64,000 nt of DNA from contig NC_058382.1 of NCBI RefSeq assembly GCF_018350175.1, forward strand, positions 57,290,001 through 57,354,000, read 5' to 3'. The translations under genes and the position numbers were made by a program. The DNA is from Felis catus (taxonomy: Eukaryota). Below, piece after piece: positions 24,475-36,121 of the stretch. The stretch's first letter is position 1, and every line of letters begins with the position of its first letter. The notes under the pieces were generated by a model. The model worked only from the letters and a program-made list of their open reading frames with translations. It had not been told where the DNA came from and made no database searches.

Positions 24475-27183
24475 ATAATACACATAAAACCGGATCAGAC
24501 AGGCAACATGGCACCAAATGTTTGCCAGGCTGGATAAAACGGAGGCAAGATGTTTGTAAATAGCCCGGCGGCCTGCTTTGGGGCGCTCGGCCCATTCGGT
24601 GGAGCGGGCGTTCGATGGAACAGTGCTTTGCTGAGCCCTCGCTATGTGTCAGGACAAGCACTCGCCACCTGTTAAGTCTCAGGAGCCTCCCAACTTTTAC
24701 CGGGTGGGACCCTCTGCAGCCACCATGTCACCGGGGACCGGGTGGCCCCAGTTCTCCGCGTGTCGCCATGGCTGAGTCTGGCTCGTCCCCCAAGCTCCCG
24801 TCCAGGGCAGCTGGAGGTCGCTGGGCAGTTCCCACCCTGCCCGGGGGCGCCTGCCTGGCGGAGGGGGCGCTGAGGGGGTGCGGCAGGAGGAAGGGCTGCC
24901 TCCCCAAGGTGGCCCCCCTCCCCCTTGTGATTTCGGTGACCTCCCGAGTCTTTTCTCGCGTCTTATTGTTGCTTATTTATTTTTTTGCAAAGTTAGCACG
25001 ATTAGGAGAGGCAGAAGGGCTCTCGGATACGACCGTACCTCCCTGGCTGGGGGACACGCTCAGCCGACACCCAGGACGGGCCAAGATGCTGGGGGTTCCC
25101 ACCAGGGGAGCAGATGGGACTCAAAGACAGACCCAGCTTCCTCATCCTGGGGTGGGACACCTCTGAAGAACAGTCAGGCTGTTCCGGCCAGGGACGGGCG
25201 AAGTGGTCATTACACCGTCGGAGTCCCGGGGACTCCCCTCACTCCTCGGAAGATGTGAGCTCGCACCCCCCGCGGGACCCCATCATCAGGACCTCTAAGG
25301 CGCCTCCGTGCAGAGGAGCGAGGGCTGCTCGGGGGCCCTGGGGTGTTCACGGCCAAGGCCCCGTGGGTCCTACCTGGGGGCGGGAGAGGGGAAGTGACGT
25401 GCCGAGGGGAACAACCCCACGGTTGGCCGTAGCCCGGTGTCCCGCACGTCACGGGCACGCGGAAACCTCTTCAGAATGGAGGATGGCGGGGGTGGCGATG
25501 AGCTGGCCGAGTCACTTTCTCCTCCCTGCAGCCGGCTTCCCCGTCTGAGGTTCCAGGCCTGAAATCAGTCCCAGGCGGAAGTGACCAAGGGAAGAAGCAT
25601 CGAGGGCAACCGGGTGGTTATCATCGGGGAGCGTGCCCGCGGGAGGGAGGTGAGAAAGCAGAGGAAGACTGCCTCACGGTCCGCAGCAGCGCCAGTCAAG
25701 GCGGCCAGAGCTGGAAAGGTCCGGAAACTCAGAAGGAAAAAAAATGAAAGACGACCAATCCGTGCGGTGGAATATTATTCAGCCATAGAAACAGGAGTGG
25801 GGTCGTCCCACTTGCTACCGGAGGGATGAACCCTGAAAACATTATGCTAAGCGGAAAAAGGCGGCCACAGAAGGCCACGTCCTGTAGGATCTCTTTGCGT
25901 CGACTTTCCGGAATAGGCAAGCCCCTAGACATGGACGGTACATTAGAGGTGCCGGGCGCTGGCGGGGAGGGAACGGAGCAGAATTTCCGTGTGGGTGATG
26001 GACAAGCGCACCCACACCGGGTCGTTGTGGTCTTAGCTCTCGGTCTTCTCCTCGGAAGGCGGTTCCCCTAAGTGCTTTCATATCACCTCAACTTCTCCCT
26101 AGCATTCAGCCCCTTTAATATGATGTGCATGCATTTTTTTTTTAAATGTGGCTTTAGTTTTTCATTACTCGATTTTGCAGATGGCAGGAAAAAAAAAAAG
26201 GCAATATGTTTGCGGTCTCTGTGTGACGTCTGGTTTGGTGTTTGCCCCTTGTCCTGGAGCTGAGCCCCGTGAAGGGAGGGATGTCTTCTGGCCCAGCCCA
26301 GCATTGTTTGGAGCCAGCCCGCCTGGCACGTAGTCGGCCTGGGAACTATGAATGTACCACGAAGGGAATGGATAAGTTACGTTAAAACCTTCCACAACAG
26401 GATGGAAGGGGATAGAAAGTTCCAGAAGACTTCCTGGTGTGCCGCAGGGCCCGGGGGCCCCCGGCTAAAGGAGTCGGTCGAGTTTGCCGGCAACATGCGC
26501 TGCGATGAGGTCATCGCTGGTGTGAGATCTGGGACTTTGCGTGCCTCTCTGAGGAAGCCCCTTAGCGATGCACCCAGTTCTGCTCCCAGAGCCCAGCGCT
26601 GAGGTCCCAGGGCGTCAGGAAACGGCATTCATCAACGCGCACTGAGCTGTAAGCCCCTGTTCCAGGGACAGACGTGTTTTTAGACTTTTTGACGTCCAAA
26701 TTCCAGAGGAAGGGCAAGTGACGCTTAGAGGAGAATTGGCTTTCTTCCGGCAAATCAGGCCTGGGGCGCACGTTTATTGGTCTGACCGTTAAGTCGCCGG
26801 AACATTCCAAAGAAGGGTAAAGCCCTTGCACGCGGAATGAAGTGGGTGGAGAACACAGAGGGAGGGATGTGGGTAAATTGGGGCAGCTTTGGAGATTGGA
26901 TTCTTTCTCCTTAAATGGAAACGGTTCAAGATCGTTTCCTGATTCTACAAGTAATGTTTACTGTAGAAGAAATCCAGACGCTACCGAAAGTGACAACCGC
27001 GTAAAAAAGCTCGAATTCTCCCTCCAGGGCGTAAGCCCCGTCGGCATTTTGGTGTGTGTGTGCCCCGGCAATCCCGTGAAGACAGGTGTACTCACATTTT
27101 TTTTTTTTCTCTTCATGGTGTTTGTTCACAGTGTGTAAAAGATGTTTTATGGAGATGAAATTCACGTCACGTGAAACGAACCA

Positions 27184-27411
27184 TTTTTTTTTGTTTTGTT
27201 TTAACGTTTATTTTTTTTGAGACAGAGAGAGACAGAGCATGAATGGGGGAGGGGCAGAGAGAGAGGGAGACACAGAACCAGAAGCAGGCTCCAGGCTCCG
27301 AGCCATCAGCCCAGAGCCCGACGCGGAGCTCGAACTCCCGGACCGTGAGATCGTGACCTGAGCCGAGATCAAGAGTCGGACGCTTAACCGGCTGAGCCAC
27401 CCGGGCGCCCC
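27184..27411 (-). mobile_element. CAN-SINE (intron 1)
   Basis: Typical body. Confidence 0.9.
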
Positions 27412-30298
27412 CTGTGTCCTCTTTTCAAAGGCCTCTGTTGTGTTCCGCGGTACAGATGTGCCATTCTGTCTTCATCCGGCCTCCTCTGGTTGGACACGAG
27501 GCTGCTGGCTTCAGGAGAATCCACACTTGAACTTGAAGAATGGCGCTTTCCACCGAAAGGGGCCAGAATCGGTATTTCCTTAACCCGCTTCCTGGGGGCA
27601 CCGGCAGTAGAATGGCCCCGCAGATCCCCAGGGGCCTCCAGAACCCTCTCCCAGAGGAGTGAAAAAAACCATAAGCACCTCGTGGGAAATCTTAAGGGGG
27701 AGGCATTTTTATCCGAGTAGGGCACACCGCCCTGGAGAGTTCTTGTCTGGGCCGTTCCATAAATGTGCGTCCAGCAGCTGTTTGGAAAGACTTGCAATAC
27801 AGCCCCTTCGCAGGCCTGGAAATTAAAGCTGGAAATCACGGGTTGCCCTGGGGTTTTCGCGAAGGATGTTGTCGTTCTGGGGTGAGCCGCCTCGTCTGTC
27901 CGCCCGATTTGACGTGCCATTATTTTCTTTTCGGCCGAGGGGCGCTGGAGGGCCCGGGCTGACTGGGGTTGCGAAGGGTGGAGCCTGGGACGAGTTCTCT
28001 CCAGAATCTGTGCCCGGGGGAGGCGGTTCTCTGACTGTGTCCTGAGCTGGGGCTGGCGCACCGGCGGCGGCGGGCAGGGGTGGGGACGTGGGACGGGGAG
28101 GCGGGGAAGCCCCAGATTCAGACAGACCCGACAACAAGAACAGGAAGCCTAATTCCAAGAGGCTGGAAGGTGCCTGCGCGACCTCGTCGGCTCCTGCCAC
28201 AAACGCCCGCGGCACAAGTGCCTCCTGCGCCCATTTTGCGGAGGAGGAAAACAGAGGCCGAAATAAGTCCGTGGCTTTCCTGCGTGATCACAGAGCTACA
28301 GGATTCAAACCCAGACTTGTCTAGTGCCTTAGATCCCTGCCGAACTCAGCCTGAACAGTTTACGAGGTCACGGGCCTTAGCCCCATCCATCTTGCTACGC
28401 TCAAAAGCCAGACACAGCGCCTAAGTTCTTGCCCCAAAGAAAGAGCAGCAGTCCTCTGGGGAAAGTTCTGAGCGGAGGGAACAGTGTGTGGAAGGCTTCA
28501 AGGCAAGGAGGAGGAAGGCGTCTGAGCAAACCTTCAGAAATTGAGGCTGCTGATTCTAGATGTATAATTTGGATCCATTACTGGGGCCTCTGGAGAGAGA
28601 AGTGTAGACTTGGGCTCATGACCCTTCTCGGCCTGTGGCCTTGGGCACACCTCTCATTCTGCAGGTCTCAGGGGCCTCATCTTTAGTGGGGATAACAATA
28701 GAACGCCCCCCGCTGGCCTCATGCGACCAGAGCAGGTGCTGAGGCTTGCTAAGAGGTGCCGAGTTGGAGGGGGGCCCCTGTTCGGGGAGACCTGGGGGAA
28801 GTGAGCGCGGGGCCAGGCTGGCGTCTCAGGTGGGAGACACAGCCCGTGCAAAGGCCCGGAGGTAGGACCGCTCCGGGGACCTCAGAGAAGCCGAGTCGGC
28901 TGAACAGGGATGCGCAAGGGAGGGGTGAGTCTGGGAGGCAGAGGGGCTGGGGGCGGGCACCAGCCAGCTTTGGCTGACCTTTACCCCTTTGTCCTCCACG
29001 GGAGGGGGCCCCACTGAGGGTGATGTATTTCTCTCTCGGATAAAAGTTCTCTCCCAGAGCTCCTAAAATTCACGCTTTTTCAGGACCCTCTTCAGGCATC
29101 ACCTTGCATGATATGAAATATTTTCCAAAACATTTAATCCTTTAATCTGGGCCCCTCGGTGACATCGGTTCTGTTATCACCCACGACCATCTGTTGTTTC
29201 GGCCGCACCGTAAATAACTCGGGAGATTTGACTTCTAAGGCGCTTATCCCTTTTGTCCTCTCCAAATTCTGGGAGACGACGTCTGAAGGTCCCTCAGAAA
29301 GCAGGGGCACATCTAAAATTGATCTCTCTGCACACCCCTGCTGGGCTGCCATTAGGAAGTCACCAGACTGGGAGGCAGGGGCTGGGGTGGCGGTGGGGGG
29401 GACACAGGGTTTCACTTGTGATCCGCAGGCTGCAGTCAGTCCCCTAAATGAGGCCTTGAGTCCGAACGGGCCATGCGGAAGCCCCCCGCCCCCCACCCCG
29501 GCCTCCCGACCACGCGCGGGCCTTTCCTCATCACCCTCCCAAGGAGGCCGGGCCGGCTGCCACCTTGCATTAGGATCACAGTGGTCGGGCCCCAACGGGA
29601 GTCCAATTTTGTTCATTCTGAGGAAAACGAAGTAAGAGCTAACGGCGAGGGGTTGAAAATTATTCACGATGATACAGGACTTACGGGGACCGGCCTGAGC
29701 AGGGGGTGGTGAAAAGGCTGAACCAGTTTGCGAGTCCATGCTCCGGTCTCCCCTTTGTTTTGGGGGGAGAACCACCAGTCTTCTGCAGCCTTTGTTTCCT
29801 TATATGCCAAATGTTGGCTTCATTCTTACATTTCACGAATTAAATGGCAAACATATATATATAGGAGAAAAGAGGACTTCTCGGCGAAGCTGGGGAGGGG
29901 CCGGGAGCCCCATCCTCCCCAGGCTGCCCCTGCCTCACTTGGACCCTGCTTTCTTCTCCCTCTTGCCCTCCCTCTAAGCCCCACGGGTGCCCTGGGACGT
30001 AGTTTGAAAACCGCTGGTCCTTGGGATGACACTTCCAAAATGCACCTGCTCTCGGGACCTATCCTCGGTGACCCGACGCCCCCTACAGGGCATTGGAAGC
30101 AGCGCATAGACTTTGCAGCCTCCGCAGTAGCTGGGGCGGGAGGGTGGGGGGCAAGGATGTGGGCACATTTTTGACCTTCTCGCCTTTTTTTTTTTTTAAC
30201 TCCGTTGAGGTCAGAGGGCATTTGCCATTTTGTTCCTTGCTCTTTATTTTCCCTAACATATCATTAAGTGTTTTTCCTGTCGTTAAACATGCTTTCAT

Positions 30299-30505
30299 GG
30301 GGCGCCTGGGTAGCTCCGTCGGTTGAGCGTCCGACTTCGGCTGGGGTCAGGATGTTGCGGTTCGTGAGTTCGAGCCCCGCGTCGGGCTGGGTGCTGGCAG
30401 CTCGGAGCCTGGCGCCTGCTTTGGATTCTGTGTCTCCCTCTCTCTCTGCTCCTCCCCTGTTCACTCTCTCTCTCTCTCAAAAATAAGTATTAAAAAAATT
30501 AAAAA
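30299..30505 (+). mobile_element. CAN-SINE (intron 1)
   Basis: TSD aaa(c/a)atgctttcat. Confidence 0.9.
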
Positions 30506-30807
30506 TGCTTTCATATGTACTTCTTTTTCAAATGTTTGCTCGTCTTCTTAAAACTGAAAAAATACTGTGTGCATTTCAAAAATAATATTGAAGCAGGGCA
30601 AATGAATACCCAGTGAAGAGACACCCCCTTGGCTGCTTCAGAACTGAATTCTTCTCTCCAAAGGCAGTCTTTGATAACAGTTTCTTGCGTATTCTTGTGT
30701 ATCCTTCCAAAAATGTTCTGGGCAGGCATATACATATTACATGAGTGTGCATATGTGTATTTTAAAACGTAGGCGTGTAGCATACAAACTGTTCTGCACC
30801 TTAATTC

Positions 30808-30972
30808 TTTAATGTTTATTTATTTTTGAAGGGGGAGGGGCAGAGAGAGAGGGAGACACAGAATCCGAAGCAGGCGCCAGGCCCCGAGCTAGCTGCCCCA
30901 CGCGCGGGGCTCGAACCCACAAACCATGAGATCCCGACCTGAGCTCAACCGACTGCGCCACCCAGGAGCCCC
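30808..30972 (-). mobile_element. CAN-SINE with internal deletions (intron 1)
   Basis: Typical body, shortened. Confidence 0.85.
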
Positions 30973-31238
30973 CGGCACCTCCATATTCTTCACCAACCAC
31001 CATATCTTGGCGATCTTTCATCAGTGGGTTAAAGGCAGATTTAATGGCCACACACTACTCCAGTCCGCAGACAAGCATTATTTGCTTGTACAAGGGGGCA
31101 GGGTTTTGAAGTATGGATACATTTGCAGGGGAGCGGAGGCCAGGGGCAAGTAGGAATTTAGATGTTTAGACGGCAGGAGCAGTTGAGGAAGGGGCCAAGA
31201 GGTGGGGGAAGCCTGGGTGGTTTTTCCCAATGAACCCA

Positions 31239-31241
<3 letters not shown>

Positions 31242-31280
<39 letters not shown>
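31242..31280. repeat. (TG)19 microsatellite
   Basis: Direct reading. Confidence 0.95.
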
Positions 31281-31282
<2 letters not shown>

Positions 31283-31854
31283 GGGCGTGTAAGGCATGCC
31301 GTCCGCATTGCCCACTTTCAAATCCGGAAGCAAAACAGTGTTCCCAGCATGGATGGGGGCTGGTGTGGGTTGCCTGGGGTGACAAAGCCTCCCAGCCTCA
31401 CCTCTAAAGTGCTTATTTTATTGGTCATGTGCCCATATTTCCTATATGGTAAGTACGGTATCTTATTTTTAACTTTCTATTGAAACATAATACTGAAAAG
31501 TGGGAAAATCACGTGTCCAGCTTCACACCGTGAACACACCGTGTAACCAGCACCCAGATCAGGAAGCAGAACAGGGCGGCCGGGGCCCCTCCTGGTCCCC
31601 ACCCACGGTGGGGGGGGGCACTCTGCTGACTTCTCACACCAGACATCACCATTGTCTGGCTTTGAACTAAAAGGATCAAAGGAACCACACTGTGTGTTCT
31701 CTTTGGAGCTGGCTTTTTTCCCCCCTCCGGTTCAGTATTGTGTTTGTGAGATTTCTCCAAGTTGTGTGGGTTTATCCGTTTTCGGTGTGGGTTGTAAATC
31801 CTCAGAGCTCTGCGTAAACATATGGGTTGCAAGAGAGATATATGTAGAAATCTA

Positions 31855-32037
31855 TGGGTGTATGTATCTATGTGTGTATACGCAGACACATGCACACACG
31901 CACACGCATGCACGCACATGCATACACGCGGACACGCATGCACACGCTTACACGCGCACACGCATACACGCGCGCACATACACACGTACACGCGCATACA
32001 CAAGCACACGCGACACGCATGCACGCACGCGCACGCA
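31855..32037. repeat. alternating purine-pyrimidine (CA/CG/TA) low-complexity tract
   Basis: Direct reading: cacatgcacacacgcacacgcatgcacgc... Confidence 0.9.
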
Positions 32038-32530
32038 GATCCGTATCCGGAGCGGGCGCAGGACAGGGTCGCCTCTCCAGGCCGGCTGCCGGCACGCGCC
32101 CACCTCCGCTGGGCGGCGACGGGGACCCGGACGCCGGGTCCGCGCCGCTGACGCGCGCTCTCCCCGCAGGCCGAGGAGGCGGGGGGCCCCCGGCAGCCCC
32201 GCGCAGACCGCTGCCCGCCGCCGCCGCGCTCGCTGCCCCCGGGCGCCTGCCAGGCCGCGCGCTGCCAGGCCGACTCCGAGTGCCCGCGGCACCGGCGCTG
32301 CTGCTACAACGGCTGCGCCTACGCCTGCCTGGAGGCCGTGCCGCCCCCGCCAGGTAGGCGCCGGGGCCCGGGAGTCGGGCGGGGACGGGGGGCGCCTCGG
32401 GGAGGGGCGTCGCTTGCGTTCTAGAGGGGCCCGTGGAGCAGGCACCCCGGCGCGTGCGGACACGCCACTGCCCTCGGCGCGCACGGCCTTGGAGAGGCCG
32501 GTTCCGGGGACGACGCCCCCTCCTAAGGAG
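32030..32530. promoter_or_regulatory. intragenic CpG island over WFDC1 exon 2
   Basis: Very high GC and CpG density across and around exon 2. Confidence 0.75.
32170..32353 (+). CDS. WFDC1: WFDC1 coding exon 2: WAP four-disulfide core domain
   Basis: Acceptor ctctccccgcAG and donor GTAGGC. 184 nt encoding AEEAGGPRQPRADRCPPPPRSLPPGACQAARCQADSECPRHRRCCYNGCAYACLEAVPPPP, with 8 Cys in WAP spacing. This frame is missing from the ORF track. Confidence 0.97.
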
Positions 32531-34947
32531 CTGCGGAGGTTTCTCACTAAAACAAAAATACACCTGTCCGGCTCTTCTTACAAACACGGGACCGCAGCCC
32601 CTGGGCCACCACCTGCTGGGGCCCCAGGTGCCCCTAGAAGGCAGCGGGCTCTCCGGTTTTCCCCGGACCCCCACCAGACGCACTCACCTTCACCTCCTGA
32701 TCCCCGCCCTGGGGGTATGGGATGTGGAGACTGACCTCAGCAGTCCGGATGGGGTGTGCCCCAGAGAGGCAGGGGGGATGCAGACTCCTGGGTTCGAGTC
32801 CACCGGCTGGCCGGGCAGCCCCTGAAATCCCCCCAGCTGTAAAACGGGACTGAAACGCAGCTCCTGGAGGGCTCTGAACGGGTGGCTGCGGTGGCAGGGA
32901 GCAGATCTTTCACAAGGGGGTTGTTAAACCTTAATGACGACTTCTTTGGCAGAAAGAGCCCTCGGGAGCTCGTTGGTCTTTGAAGGGAAGGAGTTTTAGA
33001 TCCCTTCTGGACAGGTTGGGGGGGTGGGAGGGAGGGAGCTTGCAGGGATACTGAGGAGTGGGTAGGCAGCTGCGTCCCCCCAGCGCGGAGAAAAGGTGTC
33101 CCCTAAGTGGGTAGGATGGGGACGCAGTATAGCCTCCTTCCCTCTCTGTTCTCCTTGGGGCTGAGGCTTTCGATGACAGCCTGCCCGTGTGGACTGCCCC
33201 TCTCAGGGAGAGGCCTCCGGGTCCCATGGGCCTCAGACTGCCGAAGGCCGCCTGAGAAGGCAGCCCAGCCCTTCCTCCCAAGGCCAAAGCAAGAATGACC
33301 ACACTTTGTTTTCTTTGGGGTGAGGTCACGGCGATGACAAGGGACTCGGCACCCTTAATTGTGCTCGTAATTACAATCCACCCTGTGTTTAAGCACTGCC
33401 TCTTGTCCGGGGACTAGGCTGGCACTCAGGGCCAGGAGAGCTCCTAGAGGGCCCCTTATTAAAAAAAAAGACAATATGGCACTCCCCCCCCCCCCCCCCC
33501 GCCAGTGGAAGGAAGCACAAGGAGGTACTTCAAAGAAGATGCCGCTTGCTTTGGCCTGTGACAGCGTGCAGGTGTTCTCGCCTCGCTTGCCACCTACACC
33601 AGGTGCTTTTGAGCAGTGCGCAAACTATACAACTGTTCACGACACTCCTGACAGCCTTTCCATACGTTATCCCGTTTAATGCTCACGCGGCCCTGTTTTA
33701 CAGCTGCAGACACTGAAGCTCAGAGACGCTGAGTTGCTTGCCCAAGATCACACAGCAGGCAACGCTGGGCGTGTCCACTGCCTTACGCCCTGAGTGCAGG
33801 GCTGTGGGGCCCCTACTCCAGCATCTGGGCCCGTCTGTGGGAATCTCTCACTGCCTGGAACATCCTTCCGCGGGACACCCACACAGCTCCTTCCGATCTT
33901 TGTCCGGAGGTGGTCATTTTTCAGGGAACATCTCTCTCTCGAAATGGCAAGCCCTCCTCCAGCCATTCCTCGCCCTCCTTTCTCTGCTTAATTTTTCTTT
34001 ATAGCACAGTCTGGAACACCGTGTTTTATTCACTCATTGACTGTTCTCCCCACTTGAAGGTCAGCCGCATAAGGCAGAGATCGGTCTGTTTCCTTCACTG
34101 CCGGACGTCCCCCATCTAGACTAGACTCTAGGCATCTGAAAAGTACTCAGTGGAAATTAAAAGAATCAACCCATCAGCGAGTGACTAGCTTTCACTGGCC
34201 AGGCAGAGCGGTCCAATTGTTCGTTGGTCGCAACGACCAGCAGCTGACCCGTTGAGGCAGGGACTGTCTCCAGTCTGCCATGGCCCTACCCGGCCGACTT
34301 TTTTACTTGTGTTACCTACCTGCACCCTGGAGGCATTTGGGCGCTCCACCCCTGCTTTGGGATTTTGAACACTTTACAGCCCTACGCGTGGGTTGGTCCT
34401 CTTGTTAAACATGTATTGGTCACAGAGCTGGCTACGAGGCTATGACAGAAAGACCCATAAGCCCAGGAGCCCAACCTATTTACTCCTCCTTTGGTTAATA
34501 GGCCCGAGGAGATGGGTGGTCCATGGCAGGTAGGTGGCCCCGGTCCAGTCATCCAGGGACCCAGGTTCCTTCCACTTGTTGCTCTGCAAGGTCAGAGTGG
34601 CTCCCAGGCTGCAGGCAGAGGGACAGCACGGAGCAAACAGGCACCAAAGCCCGGGCGAGAACAGAAACTTGCGTCATCGCCTCTGCTGACATCCTATTGG
34701 CCAGAACTCAGTCACGTGGCCACACCTAGCTGCAAGGAACGCTGGGAGATGTAGTCTCCAGCTCGGCCCCAGTGCCTAGGCGAAACTCAAAGTTCTGTTA
34801 CTGAAAAAACTGGGGGAATGTGCGGCAGGGAGCCTCTGTGTTTCATCGTGAAATGTAGGCTCCCCCCCCTCGCCCCGTTCCCAGAGGCTGGGGCGTTTCT
34901 CAGCTGCCTGGGGTGGGGCTCAATGTAACCATGTATCGTTTTGTTAG

Positions 34948-35031
34948 TTTTAGACTGGCTAGTGCAGCCGAAACCTCGATGGCTTGGTGGCAACGGCTGG
35001 CTCCTGGATGGCCCTGAGGAGGTGTTGCAAG
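34948..35031 (+). CDS. WFDC1: WFDC1 coding exon 3
   Basis: Acceptor ttttgttAG and donor GTGCCT. 84 nt, phase 1-1, encoding (V)LDWLVQPKPRWLGGNGWLLDGPEEVLQ. Confidence 0.96.
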
Positions 35032-35382
35032 GTGCCTACGGGGAGAAGCCCACCCCGGCGTCAGAGTCAGGATCCCTCCTTATTAGGCTGTCTCTGCTGC
35101 GGCAGGCTGCCTGCCCTCCAGTACCTCAAATACTCGACCTAGAACGGTGGCGACTGGGGCTTGGCCAGACTCTCAGAAAACGCAGAACCGTATAGGGCTC
35201 GACTTTCCCTAGGACTGGGGGCCTCCACCTCCCTGGGTGGAGACTTGAGAGGGAGGGGGTGGGGGTGGCTTTCAGATCCCGCAAATCATAATAAGGGGTC
35301 CACGGCTCCGTGGTGACGACGACTCCTCCGGGTGGGTGGGGAGCAGGCAGGCAGGCCCGGGGTCCCCAAAACTGGAGGGTGG

Positions 35383-35540
35383 GAGTGTGTGCACGTGTGT
35401 CGGTGCGGCTGTGCCTGTGACGCTGCACGCATGCGTGTGCGCGACTGCGTCGGTGAGGCGGTGCGGCACCCGTGTGGCTGGCCTTGCGCTGCGTCTGGAT
35501 GTTTGCGCGTCTGTGTGGATGCAAATGTGTGTGACCGTAG

Positions 35541-35593
<53 letters not shown>

Positions 35594-35880
35594 AAGAGCC
35601 ATGGGTGGCAAAAATATGTGTGTGTCCGGAGTTGTGTATGAACGCGTGTGTATGCCTGTGGTTGTAGATGTGAGCGCACGTATGCGTGTGTCAGGATTTG
35701 TGTGTGTGCACGTGTGTGCATGTGTGAGTGCGTGCGTGTGTCAGGCCTTTTTGGATGAAGTGTGAGCCTCTGTGTAGGTGAACGTGTGTGTACGTGTGTC
35801 ACGATGCACATTAGGGTGTTTGGGATCACGTGACTTTGGACTGTGCTTGGTGTGTGCGCACGTGCCTATGTGCGTGTGCC
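35383..35880. repeat. degenerate TG-rich tract with a pure (GT)22 core at 35547-35591
   Basis: Direct reading. Confidence 0.9.
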
Positions 35881-35980
35881 CGAAGGTGCCACGGTGAGCG
35901 AGACGCAAGGCACAGCCCGGGATCTGGGGGCAGATGGTCCCCTGCGTCCACCCAGCACGCGGCCTGTGTCCCTCCCACAG

Positions 35981-36121
35981 CCGAGGCCTGCAGCACCACG
36001 GAGGACGGGGCGGAGCCCCTCCTCTGCCCCTCGGGCTACGACTGCCACATCCTGAGCCCCGGCGATGTGGCCGAGGGCATCCCCAACCGCGGGCAGTGTG
36101 TCAAGCAGCGCCGGCAGGCAG
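35981..36121 (+). CDS. WFDC1: WFDC1 coding exon 4 (4-Cys region)
   Basis: Acceptor cctcccacAG and donor GTGAGT. 141 nt encoding (A)EACSTTEDGAEPLLCPSGYDCHILSPGDVAEGIPNRGQCVKQRRQA. Confidence 0.97.

Noticed and set aside
29790..31450. CArG-like boxes in intron 1 (ccttatatgc and tcctatatgg)
   Set aside because: Both deviate from CC(A/T)6GG and are expected by chance.
31652..32734. 360-aa ORF and overlapping antisense ORFs around exon 2
   Set aside because: They result from the low-complexity tract plus a stop-poor CpG island. The true WFDC1 frame is a different one.
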